From the IMG/VR virus record IMGVR_UViG_3300033163_000174: 64,000 nt of DNA; one strand, given 5' to 3'. The notes below the pieces were generated by a model. It was not told the DNA's origin, made no database searches, and was given only the letters and a program-made list of their open reading frames with translations. This document shows positions 1-9,430 of the stretch, piece after piece (positions within the stretch are counted from its first letter, which is position 1; the number at the start of each line of letters is the position of its first letter). This DNA comes from an uncultured virus (IMG/VR IMGVR_UViG_3300033163_000174). Taxonomy: Duplodnaviria; Heunggongvirae; Uroviricota; Caudoviricetes. The translations under genes were made by a program, and so were the position numbers.

Positions 1-1
1 A

Positions 2-499
2 ATTAGTAATAATCTTCATTTTAATTTTTCAAATGGAGTAGGTTCAGACAATATAAGGGTTAACTTGATTAAAAATGGTATTTTCTTTTTAGTTAGCACC
101 TTAGGGTTTGGAACTGGTGCAGGCAATATTGAATACTGGATGCTTAACAGAAGTATATATGATACTCAAGGAATAGTAAACATGCATAATTGGTGGATGG
201 AGATACTAGTTGGATATGGAATAATTGTTTTTATAATGTATATTATTTTCTTTTGTAAGCTGCTTATACATTTAATTAAAAAATATAAATTGTCAAGAAA
301 TAGGATAGACTATTCAGTTTCTTTAGGGATGATTTTTTCAATGACAGGATTTATAATTGGCAGTACTAGCTCTAGTTCAAATCTTAATAGTGAATGGCTC
401 TGGGTTTTTTGGGCGATCGTAATAGCATATCAAGGTATAGAAATAAACAGTTTGGACTATTCATATGAAAAAGAATGTCAAATTAAAATATCAAACTAA
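2..499 (+). CDS. O-antigen ligase/Wzy polymerase family membrane protein, C-terminal part (starts before window)
   Basis: Frame open from position 2; hydrophobic helices, GFGTGAG and HN motifs; polysaccharide locus context. Confidence 0.7.
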   Translation: MSNNLHFNFSNGVGSDNIRVNLIKNGIFFLVSTLGFGTGAGNIEYWMLNRSIYDTQGIVNMHNWWMEILVGYGIIVFIMYIIFFCKLLIHLIKKYKLSRNRIDYSVSLGMIFSMTGFIIGSTSSSSNLNSEWLWVFWAIVIAYQGIEINSLDYSYEKECQIKISN

Positions 500-512
500 G
501 GAGATGCAGAAT

Positions 513-1535
513 ATGTTTAAAAATAAAACTTTACTAATTACTGGTGGAACAGGATCTTTTGGAAACGCGGTAATGCAAAGATTCCTACATACAGATGTTA
601 AAGAAATACGTATCTTTTCTCGTGATGAAAAGAAACAGGATGATATGAGAAAACTGTACAAAGATGATAAGTTGAAATTTTATATTGGGGATGTTAGAGA
701 TTTAGCAAGTGTAAAAAACGCTATGCATGATGTTGACTATGTATTCCATGCTGCAGCATTAAAGCAAGTTCCATCATGTGAGTTCTTTCCACTGGAAGCG
801 GTAAAAACTAATGTAGTAGGAACAGATAATGTTCTTACTGGTGCAATTGAAATGGGAATAAAAAAAGTAATTTGTCTGTCTACAGATAAAGCAGCTTATC
901 CTATCAACGCAATGGGAATTTCGAAAGCTATGATGGAGAAAGTATTTGTAGCAAAAGCTAGAACTGTAAATCCAGAAAGAACACTTATATGTGGAACGAG
1001 ATATGGAAATGTAATGGCATCCAGAGGGTCGGTAATTCCTTTATTTATCGAGCAAATAAAAAATGGACAACCATTAACAATTACAGATCCTAACATGACA
1101 AGGTTCTTAATGAGCTTAGAGGAAGCTGTAGAGCTTGTAGTATTCGCATTTCAAAATGCTGAAGCGGGCGATATTATGGTTCAAAAAGCACCGGCATCTA
1201 CAATTGGTGATTTGGCCCAAGCAGTAAAAGAACTTTTTAATGCTGAAAATGAAATTAAGATTATCGGGACTCGTCACGGAGAAAAACTGTACGAAACTCT
1301 TCTTACAAAAGAAGAACATGTAGGAGCGCAGGATATGGGTGGTTTTTATAGAGTTCCTGCTGATAAGAGAGATCTTAACTACGATAAATATTTTGTAGAA
1401 GGAAACCAAGAACTTCAAGAAGTAGAAGACTATAACTCTCATAACACAGAAAGACTCAATGTAGAGCAAATAAAAGAGAAGTTATTGAATCTTGATTATA
1501 TAAAAGAAGAGTTAATGAACTGGGAGGCGAGATAA
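513..1535 (+). CDS. fnlA: UDP-GlcNAc 4,6-dehydratase/5-epimerase (FnlA/CapE/WbjB family)
   Basis: TGGTGSFG, FSRDEKKQ, AALKQVPSCEF, STDKA, RYGNV motifs; ATG 513 after AAGGAG. Confidence 0.9.
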   Translation: MFKNKTLLITGGTGSFGNAVMQRFLHTDVKEIRIFSRDEKKQDDMRKLYKDDKLKFYIGDVRDLASVKNAMHDVDYVFHAAALKQVPSCEFFPLEAVKTNVVGTDNVLTGAIEMGIKKVICLSTDKAAYPINAMGISKAMMEKVFVAKARTVNPERTLICGTRYGNVMASRGSVIPLFIEQIKNGQPLTITDPNMTRFLMSLEEAVELVVFAFQNAEAGDIMVQKAPASTIGDLAQAVKELFNAENEIKIIGTRHGEKLYETLLTKEEHVGAQDMGGFYRVPADKRDLNYDKYFVEGNQELQEVEDYNSHNTERLNVEQIKEKLLNLDYIKEELMNWEAR

Positions 1536-2389
1536 TGAAGGTCTTAGTTCTAGGTGGAACAGGTATGGCGGGCCATACAATTTCAATGTATTTTAAAGAA
1601 GCAGGACATGATGTTACTGCTTTTAGTCGTAGTAAAGTGGAATATTGTAACAACATAAATGGAGATATTACAGACTTCCCAAATCTTAAGAAGATTATTA
1701 TTGAAGGTCAGTACGATGCAGTAATTAATGCTATCGGAATTTTAAATCAAGATGCAGAAGACAATAAGTCAAATGCAGTGTTATTAAATAGCTATTTACC
1801 ACACTTTTTAAGCGATACAACTAAAGATATGAAGACAAAAATTATCCATATGAGTACTGACTGTGTGTTTTCAGGAAAAACGGGTGGCTATTCAGAGACG
1901 TCTTTCAGAGACGGTGAAACTTTTTATGATAGATCAAAAGCATTAGGAGAATTAGAAAATAATAAAGACCTCACCTTTAGGAATTCAATTATTGGTCCTG
2001 ATATGAGTGAAAGAGGAATAGGACTTTTCAATTGGTTTATGAAACAAGAAGGTCAAATCAATGGTTTTACTAAAGCTATATGGACAGGTGTAACGACATT
2101 AACCCTAGCAAAGGCTATGGAGCAAGCATTAAGAGAAAACCTAACTGGTCTTTATAACTTAGTAAATAATGAGACCATTAGCAAATATGAATTACTTAAG
2201 CTATTTAATAAATACATGAAAAATAATGAAATCAAGATTGTACCAAGTGACAATCTTTCGCTTGATAAGTCTTTAATTAATAATAGAACGGACTTTTCAT
2301 TTCAAGTACCTAGCTATGAAACGATGGTAGTTGGGATGAAAGAATGGATTGATAATCATAGTGAGTTCTATCCACATTATTTTAAATAG
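1535..2389 (+). CDS. RmlD-like NAD(P)-dependent sugar-nucleotide reductase
   Basis: GGTGMAG, STDCVFSG, YDRSK; between fnlA-like and 2-epimerase genes. Confidence 0.85.
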   Translation: MKVLVLGGTGMAGHTISMYFKEAGHDVTAFSRSKVEYCNNINGDITDFPNLKKIIIEGQYDAVINAIGILNQDAEDNKSNAVLLNSYLPHFLSDTTKDMKTKIIHMSTDCVFSGKTGGYSETSFRDGETFYDRSKALGELENNKDLTFRNSIIGPDMSERGIGLFNWFMKQEGQINGFTKAIWTGVTTLTLAKAMEQALRENLTGLYNLVNNETISKYELLKLFNKYMKNNEIKIVPSDNLSLDKSLINNRTDFSFQVPSYETMVVGMKEWIDNHSEFYPHYFK

Positions 2390-2401
2390 GGGGCAAGTGT
2401 A

Positions 2402-3529
2402 ATGAAGAAGTTAAAATTAATGACAATAGTGGGTACTCGCCCTGAGATTATAAAACTTTCTGAAGTTATAAAAAAGAGTGATAAATATTTTGACCATATA
2501 CTTGTTCATACAGGTCAAAACTATGATTACACATTAAATCAAGTATTTTTCGAAAATTTAGGGATAAGAGAACCAAATTTTTATCTCAATGTAGTTGGAG
2601 ACAATTTAGGTCAAACCATGGGAAATGTATTGGCTAAATCATACGAAATCATGGTTCAAGAACAACCGGATGCAATACTTGTACTTGGAGATACCAATTC
2701 TTGTCTAAGTGTAATTTCTGCTAAGAGACTTAAGATTCCGATTTTCCACATGGAAGCAGGAAATAGATGCTTTGATGAAAACCTTCCTGAGGAGATTAAT
2801 AGAAGAATCGTTGATCATACAAGTGATGTTAATTTATGTTACACAGAACATGCTAGGAACTATTTAAATTGGGAAGGCGTTCCAAAGGAGCGTACTTACG
2901 TAGTGGGATCGCCAATGGCTGAAGTTTTAAAAGTTAATAAGGAGAAAATTGATAACAGCAAAGTTCTTGAAACCCTAGAATTAGAAAAAGGAAAATATAT
3001 TTTGTTATCGGCTCACCGAGAAGAAAACATAGATAATGAAGAAAATTTTATGGCTTTAATGAATGCTGTGAATGCTATGGCTGAAAATTATAATCTACCT
3101 GTTATATATAGCACTCATCCAAGAAGTAAGAAATTTATAGAACAAAGAGGATTTAAATTTCATACAAATGTTATAAGCCTGCAGCCTTTTGGATTTGCTG
3201 ACTATAACCATCTTCAACAAAATGCATTTTGTGTAGTGTCTGACAGTGGGACCATTGCAGAAGAAGCTTCATATTTTAAGTTTCCAGCGGTGTCTGTGAG
3301 AACTAGTACAGAAAGACCAGAAGCATTGGATAAGGGAAATATGGTTATTGGAAGCATTACTACTGAACAAGTCCTTCAAGCTGTTGATATGGCAGTAGAG
3401 ATGAATGCTCAAGGAGACTTGGGTGAAGACGTACCAAACTATGTGGACGAGAATGTAAGTACTAAGGTGGTTAAATTAATTCAAAGTTATACAGGGATAG
3501 TAAATAAGATGGTGTGGAGGAAATCATGA
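2402..3529 (+). CDS. fnlC: UDP-N-acetylhexosamine 2-epimerase, non-hydrolysing (FnlC/CapG/WecB family)
   Basis: GTRPEII, HTGQNYD, HMEAGNR, SDSGT, TERPE motifs. Confidence 0.88.
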   Translation: MKKLKLMTIVGTRPEIIKLSEVIKKSDKYFDHILVHTGQNYDYTLNQVFFENLGIREPNFYLNVVGDNLGQTMGNVLAKSYEIMVQEQPDAILVLGDTNSCLSVISAKRLKIPIFHMEAGNRCFDENLPEEINRRIVDHTSDVNLCYTEHARNYLNWEGVPKERTYVVGSPMAEVLKVNKEKIDNSKVLETLELEKGKYILLSAHREENIDNEENFMALMNAVNAMAENYNLPVIYSTHPRSKKFIEQRGFKFHTNVISLQPFGFADYNHLQQNAFCVVSDSGTIAEEASYFKFPAVSVRTSTERPEALDKGNMVIGSITTEQVLQAVDMAVEMNAQGDLGEDVPNYVDENVSTKVVKLIQSYTGIVNKMVWRKS

Positions 3530-4827
3530 AAAAAGCACTTATAATTTTAGGCAATTATTCTCCAAATCCATCATCAGTTTCAAATTGCATGAATCCGTTA
3601 ATAAAAAAACTATCAGAAACATATATAATTGATGTTATTACTGATAGAAAAAGAGTTGACGTCCCTGAGTGTGAAATAAAAAATAATGTTAGTGTCTATA
3701 GAGTAGATGATTATAGGATAATGAATACCATTTATTCAAATGAATTAAATAAAATTAATTCCTCGTATCCATTAAGGAAGATAACTAAATTATTTACAAC
3801 TATTTTAAAAACAGCATACTATATTCGATATGTTATGCTTGCAAAAGAACAAGGCACTGCTGGGTGGGAAAAAAGAAGAGTACTGGATAAAATAGTAGAA
3901 CTAGATAAAAAAAACAAATATGATATTATAATCTCTGCATCACAACCATTTCAAAGTCATTATATCGCTGAACAGTTTAAATATATTAAAGGAGATAATT
4001 TGAAATGGATAGTCTTTCAATTTGACCCGTTTACATTCAATGACGAAATTAAAGTAAGTAGAAGACGCCGAAAGAAAATGTATATTGATGAAAAAAGAAT
4101 ATTATCAAAATGCGATGCTGTTTTATTAACACCAGAACTATATGAGTACTATAAGAAAAAGAATTATATTGAGATTACTTCGAAGTTCAGTTTATTGCCT
4201 TTTGCAAATCTCGAGCCAGTAGAATTTAATTCTACAAAAGTAAGTAAAAATTATATGTTAGAAAACAAAATAAATTGTCTTTTCACAGGTCGATTATATG
4301 GGGATATAAGAAATCCTAAAAAAGTATTAGATGTATTTTCTAAGTTAGATAACGAAATACATTTAGTGATGATGACAAACTTTTCAATTAATGAGATGAA
4401 GGAATGGTCTCCAAATGAGTATTTGCCATCCATAATCCCTTTTCAAAATAGAGATACAGCATTGTATAATTTATTATGCGCAGATATTTTGGTTAATATT
4501 GGGAACACCGTGGAACATCAAGTACCAGGTAAAGTATTTGAGTATATGAGCACTGGAAAACCAATTATACATTTTTCGAAAATACCAAATGATCCGGCAC
4601 TTAAGTATTTAAAACGATATCCGAAGATATTTGTTGTAAACGAATGGGAAATGGATGAAATAGATTACAAGAAAAAACTAGACCAATTTTGCAAAGATAA
4701 TCACAAGCAAAAATTAACATTTGAAAATGTTAATAGGGCTTTAGGCGAATATTCGGGAGAAGCAGTACAAGGTAAATTTATAAATATTATAAATGAAATG
4801 TTGGGAGAAAAACAAAGCAATGAATAA
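3526..4827 (+). CDS. GT-B glycosyltransferase (GT4-like)
   Basis: PGKVFEYMSTGKPII C-terminal motif; locus context. Confidence 0.75.
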   Translation: MKKALIILGNYSPNPSSVSNCMNPLIKKLSETYIIDVITDRKRVDVPECEIKNNVSVYRVDDYRIMNTIYSNELNKINSSYPLRKITKLFTTILKTAYYIRYVMLAKEQGTAGWEKRRVLDKIVELDKKNKYDIIISASQPFQSHYIAEQFKYIKGDNLKWIVFQFDPFTFNDEIKVSRRRRKKMYIDEKRILSKCDAVLLTPELYEYYKKKNYIEITSKFSLLPFANLEPVEFNSTKVSKNYMLENKINCLFTGRLYGDIRNPKKVLDVFSKLDNEIHLVMMTNFSINEMKEWSPNEYLPSIIPFQNRDTALYNLLCADILVNIGNTVEHQVPGKVFEYMSTGKPIIHFSKIPNDPALKYLKRYPKIFVVNEWEMDEIDYKKKLDQFCKDNHKQKLTFENVNRALGEYSGEAVQGKFINIINEMLGEKQSNE

Positions 4828-6331
4828 AAGCAAACAAAGCATATTGACCGCAATTAGCGCAATTATTTTAACTCTTTTAAACGGAATATTCGCCCTAGTT
4901 ATAACAAAAATGGTTATTATAAAATATGGTTCTGATTTTAACGGTCTAAATTCTACTGCTAGTCAATTTATCAGCATGTTACTAATTATTGAAGGTGGAT
5001 TTACAATTGCAACTAATGTTGCATTATTTAAACCTATCGCGTCAAATAATCAGCAAGCTATAAACAAAATTTTATCAGCTACTCGAAAAATATTTAATAA
5101 AATAGGGGTATCATTTTTTCTTATAGGAACAAGTGTCTCGATTGTATATGCATTAATAATAAATAGTGACTTGTCTCCAATAATTTCATTTTTAGTATTT
5201 TTTATGACAATAATTTCTACAGCATTCAATTTATCTTATGCTACAAAATACAGAATACTGTTACAGTCTGAAAATAAAGAGTATATTTTAAATAGCATAC
5301 AAATTGCAACATTAATAATAAGCCAGGTATTAATTTTAGTTACGATTTTTGTTAATGGACACATGTTATTAGTAAGATTATCTACAATGTTAGGAGCAAT
5401 AATTAACAGTTTGTTAATTGCAAATATATCCAAGAAAAGATATGAGTATATAAATTTTAAAGAAGAACCAGATTTTGATTCAATTAGTGGTACTAAAGAT
5501 ATTTTCATTCAGAAAATAACCAGTATGATTTATTCGACAATACCTATTTTATTTATCTCAGGTACAGTTGGAACTATTTACGCGAGCGTATATGTAGTTT
5601 ATAACAATGTTTTTAGGTTGCTTAAAAGTGTCATTTATGCGTTTATAAATGCTCCAAGAATGGGGTTTGGTAAATTAATTGCTGAAAAAGAGCCTGAATA
5701 TGTATTGAAAATTTTTTTACAATATGAATTTATTGTAAATTATGTAATGTTTACGTTGCTGTCAACTACTGCTGTACTTATAATGCCTTTTATTAATTTA
5801 TATACTGCTGGTATAACAGATGCAAACTATTATAATTGGATAATTGCTTTACTACTTATAGGTATAACTTTTTTTGAAATTATCCATATACCCAGTGGAA
5901 ATATTATTAATATGGCAGGAAAATTTAAAATAGGGAGAAAAATCCAATCTTTATCAAGTGTTTTTTTGATTATTATAATGATAATAGGCAATATGAAAAT
6001 GGGATTTTATGGTATACTATTATCAGTTTTAGTAACGGCTATTTTACTGGCATTTCTTGAGATAATTTATATTCATAGCAAGTATTTTGTAGGTGCAATG
6101 CCTCATTTCTTAAAATTACTGGTCCCTAACTTAGTTGTTATTATACCCGTAATCTTGTTAGAAATAAAATATTTGCCACAAATACATTCATATGTAGAGT
6201 TTTTTATTGCAGGGATACTTTTAGTCACATTAAATGCAGTAATTTTAATAATTATAAACTATTTTATAAATAGAAATATTATGCTTGATGTAATGATGAG
6301 GTTTAATACAATAATTAAGAATAAGGTCTAA
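4820..6331 (+). CDS. Wzx/MATE-like polysaccharide flippase
   Basis: About 12-14 hydrophobic segments; YGSDFNGL..EGG motif; locus context. Confidence 0.8.
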   Translation: MNKSKQSILTAISAIILTLLNGIFALVITKMVIIKYGSDFNGLNSTASQFISMLLIIEGGFTIATNVALFKPIASNNQQAINKILSATRKIFNKIGVSFFLIGTSVSIVYALIINSDLSPIISFLVFFMTIISTAFNLSYATKYRILLQSENKEYILNSIQIATLIISQVLILVTIFVNGHMLLVRLSTMLGAIINSLLIANISKKRYEYINFKEEPDFDSISGTKDIFIQKITSMIYSTIPILFISGTVGTIYASVYVVYNNVFRLLKSVIYAFINAPRMGFGKLIAEKEPEYVLKIFLQYEFIVNYVMFTLLSTTAVLIMPFINLYTAGITDANYYNWIIALLLIGITFFEIIHIPSGNIINMAGKFKIGRKIQSLSSVFLIIIMIIGNMKMGFYGILLSVLVTAILLAFLEIIYIHSKYFVGAMPHFLKLLVPNLVVIIPVILLEIKYLPQIHSYVEFFIAGILLVTLNAVILIIINYFINRNIMLDVMMRFNTIIKNKV

Positions 6332-6499
6332 CAAGGTTAAAAATTATAGGTTAGCTGAAAAGTACTTGAAAATATTTAGTACAAATTACCCTAAATAAGC
6401 AAAATTCACATAAAGTAATTAAGAAATTTGTTTCTTCAGTAATCACTCAAGTCACTAGAGAACCAACTCACCTATTCACATTACAAGTAGACACCCTAG

Positions 6500-6540
6500 A
6501 ACGGGCATAGATAAATAGAGAACTGTGTCCGTTTTGTTTT
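6500..6540 (+). terminator. Intrinsic terminator-like hairpin after polysaccharide locus
   Basis: AACGGGCATAG / CTGTGTCCGTT stem followed by TTGTTTTT. Confidence 0.55.
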
Positions 6541-6683
6541 TAGGTGGAGTTGTCGGAATATTCAGGGGAAATTTAGGAATGAACAGTGTTAGACAATTAC
6601 TTATTGAGGGTGCAGTATTTATTTGAGTAATAGACATCAAAGAATGGGACATAAACAGACTTTAAAAGTAGGTGTAAAAAAAT

Positions 6684-7037
6684 ATGTTAGCAAAAATAGG
6701 TTCAATATTATATTTAATAGCAGCAGTTTTACATTTTATAAATGGGCAGATGGCTCTACTTGGACTAACGGTCCTACTGGGGGTTATTACTTTTGGCTTA
6801 AGTGCATATATTAGTTATCTTCGGGTTAGCCCAGAGTTAAGAGAGTACAGAGAAACTGTTTATAAGATGGAAGCAGACGGAGCTAGCGATGATGAGATAC
6901 TAGAGTTTATGGATCAAGAAACTGATGTAGATGAAAGTAAATTGATAGACGCTCCTTTGTGGATGAATGTAGTGGTTATGTTAGGTGTAATAGCAAGTTT
7001 TGTATTATTTGGAATTGGGGTTATAAGATTAATATAG
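6684..7037 (+). CDS. Hypothetical small membrane protein (about 3 TM)
   Basis: RBS AGGTG; hydrophobic N- and C-termini with acidic loop. Confidence 0.7.
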   Translation: MLAKIGSILYLIAAVLHFINGQMALLGLTVLLGVITFGLSAYISYLRVSPELREYRETVYKMEADGASDDEILEFMDQETDVDESKLIDAPLWMNVVVMLGVIASFVLFGIGVIRLI

Positions 7038-7173
7038 CGGGCATTAGTGGATAAATTTGTCTATTTTGTTTTAGGTGAGTTTTGGAAGATTCAGGGGAAG
7101 CAGTAAAGCAAGTGCCCAGGGTAAAGGTCTATGCCATTTTGTGAAGGTGAAATTTAAAAAGGGAGGAAAAATA

Positions 7174-7971
7174 ATGTCAATCAATTCATATTTAACGAAT
7201 TTAGCAAGTGCGCTAGTATTATCTTCGAATGAAAAGACAAGTATAGGAACATCAATTGATACACTCTCAAGAAGATTAGATCTATACTTTAATAATGGGG
7301 AATTACATGAGCATTTTCAATTCGGATCGAGTACAAGAGGAACAATCTTGCCTAGAAAAGCAGATTCAGGATCAGATATAGATTATATGGTAGTCTTTAA
7401 GAATCCAAATAATTACAAGCCAGATACTTTATTAGGATATCTTAGAAATTTCATGGAGAAGTATTATTCAACTTCTGAGATATATAGAGATAGTCCTACA
7501 ATGGTGTTAGAACTAAATCATATTAAATTTGAATTAGTGCCAGCAAAACAAGACTATTATGGGAGCTTATCTATCCCGTCTAAATCAAATCTGCTTACTG
7601 AGTGGATGAGTACTGACCCAACAGGATTTAATAAAAAGCTTACTGATGCAAATACAAAAAACGGCTCAAAATTAAAACCTGTAATTCGTCTAATAAAGTA
7701 CTGGAACCGAGGAAAATTAAGGGGCTATTATTCGTCCTATGCTTTAGAAGAATGGATCGTAGATAGATACACATATTTTCCAAAAAATTCAGTAAGAGAG
7801 TATGTATATGACATTGTTGAGTCCCTTTCATACAATTGGGATGACTCAGAAGCATTTAAGAGCAATCTAAATTCTTCAAAAGACATTATCAAAAAATGTA
7901 AAGAATGTGAGTCAAATGACATGCCATACACAGCTTTAAGTGAAATAAAAAAACTCTTTCCAGAAATGTAA
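7174..7971 (+). CDS. SMODS/CD-NTase family nucleotidyltransferase (CBASS cyclase-like)
   Basis: FGSSTRGT..SDIDYMVVF, FELVPA, TDP, RLIKYWN, SYALE motifs; ATG after GGAGG. Confidence 0.85.
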   Translation: MSINSYLTNLASALVLSSNEKTSIGTSIDTLSRRLDLYFNNGELHEHFQFGSSTRGTILPRKADSGSDIDYMVVFKNPNNYKPDTLLGYLRNFMEKYYSTSEIYRDSPTMVLELNHIKFELVPAKQDYYGSLSIPSKSNLLTEWMSTDPTGFNKKLTDANTKNGSKLKPVIRLIKYWNRGKLRGYYSSYALEEWIVDRYTYFPKNSVREYVYDIVESLSYNWDDSEAFKSNLNSSKDIIKKCKECESNDMPYTALSEIKKLFPEM

Positions 7972-7981
7972 TGGTGATATT

Positions 7982-8752
7982 ATGAGTAGAGAACGAATTG
8001 ATTCTTTAGATAAGTATTATGAACAACTAAACTTTCTTGATAGGCTTAGTAGTGCACTCTTCTGGCTAAATGCTTTGTTTTCAATATTAATATTTTTTTT
8101 GAAAGGGTACCCAGAGGTTAGAACAGTTTTAACATACATTTTCATTATTAACACTGTTTTGTATTTTATTGCTGATAATTACCTTAGTATTTACTTAATA
8201 CCTTCAGTAGAAGGTAAGAGGAGAGTACATCTTATTTCTAAGTCGCTTGATGTGCCCTTAGATAATGAGATGACTAATAAATACTACAACAACAATTTAG
8301 AGCCCTCAGTTTTGAAACTAGGAGCTCATATTTTTGAAAATTCTTTATTTGCAAAAGAAGTTACAATAAGAATGTGTTCACAGCAGAGAAAAAAGATACT
8401 ATTGTATTCACTATTATGGGTTGGGGCCTTATTATTAAGAACGGTTAATCTAGAGTTTTTGGCTATTGTATCTCAGACCCTATTTGCCACAACTTTGCTA
8501 ACTAAATGGTTGAAGTTGGAATTCTTGAGGAGTAAAAATGAGCAAATCTATCAATGCTTATATGATTTATTTTTGTTCCATAAAGAGAATAATGATGTGA
8601 AATTATCTGCAAAATTATTAGATTGTTTTGTTTCTTATGAAGCAGCTAAAGCATATTCAGGGATTAAACAATCATCTAAAATATTCTTCGAAATAAATAA
8701 TAAATATACTGAAGAATGGGAGCAAATAAAAGAAAGGTTGGGCATAGATTAA
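7982..8752 (+). CDS. Multi-TM CBASS effector candidate (S-4TM-like)
   Basis: Two pairs of hydrophobic helices; 10 bp downstream of the SMODS gene. Confidence 0.65.
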   Translation: MSRERIDSLDKYYEQLNFLDRLSSALFWLNALFSILIFFLKGYPEVRTVLTYIFIINTVLYFIADNYLSIYLIPSVEGKRRVHLISKSLDVPLDNEMTNKYYNNNLEPSVLKLGAHIFENSLFAKEVTIRMCSQQRKKILLYSLLWVGALLLRTVNLEFLAIVSQTLFATTLLTKWLKLEFLRSKNEQIYQCLYDLFLFHKENNDVKLSAKLLDCFVSYEAAKAYSGIKQSSKIFFEINNKYTEEWEQIKERLGID

Positions 8753-8778
8753 AAAATGAAAGGAGGCTTGTAACCATT

Positions 8779-9405
8779 ATGGAAAAATCAACTTTCAAAG
8801 GTACCATCATATCAATTCAGCCCAGGATCCGTCTAACTAGATCCTTTGATGAAGCCTCCCATACATACCTAGGCTATGCAATTACCTTGGAGGGAGAACT
8901 AGACAGCACTAGTACCACCTTCTCCATAGGCATCGGTAAAGCGGCCCATGCTAAACATCAATTCAAAGTGAACGATGTTATTTCAGGAGAGTGTGTATCA
9001 GTACCGGATCCTGATATGGAGCCAGTTGAATACTACAAGGTCTCAAAGCTGAAAGTAATCTCTAAAGAAGAACAAGGTAGCAATTCATCACCCTGGGAAC
9101 TGGTGCCGCCAGAGCTGGAGGTTTACAGGGAAAGAGGACACCGTAGACTGGCAGCTAGGACTTATGACACTAAGTGTAGTAGCTGTATGTGGGGAGCAAG
9201 GATGCCGGTTGAGATCATTGTAGATAACTGGAATCCCAGAGGACGGAAGAAGTATAGGTTTGAGACTTTCTGTTATGGACCTTTAAGTTGTAAATTGTAT
9301 AAGGCGGGTCCTAACCGGAAAGTGGAAGGTCGAAACGGGATGGTGTATGTAGAAGAGGACTGGGTTGATGAAATGGCCGTGGAGCATAGGGGAGAAGATG
9401 AGTAG
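8779..9405 (+). CDS. Hypothetical protein with C-terminal Cys cluster
   Basis: AGGAGG upstream; CxxC...C..C motif. Confidence 0.7.
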   Translation: MEKSTFKGTIISIQPRIRLTRSFDEASHTYLGYAITLEGELDSTSTTFSIGIGKAAHAKHQFKVNDVISGECVSVPDPDMEPVEYYKVSKLKVISKEEQGSNSSPWELVPPELEVYRERGHRRLAARTYDTKCSSCMWGARMPVEIIVDNWNPRGRKKYRFETFCYGPLSCKLYKAGPNRKVEGRNGMVYVEEDWVDEMAVEHRGEDE

Positions 9406-9430
9406 GTTGAGTTGAAGGTAGGTGATATGA

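Noticed and set aside
6623..6814. 63-aa ORF overlapping the membrane protein gene
   Set aside because: TTG start, overlaps a better ORF with an RBS, no motif
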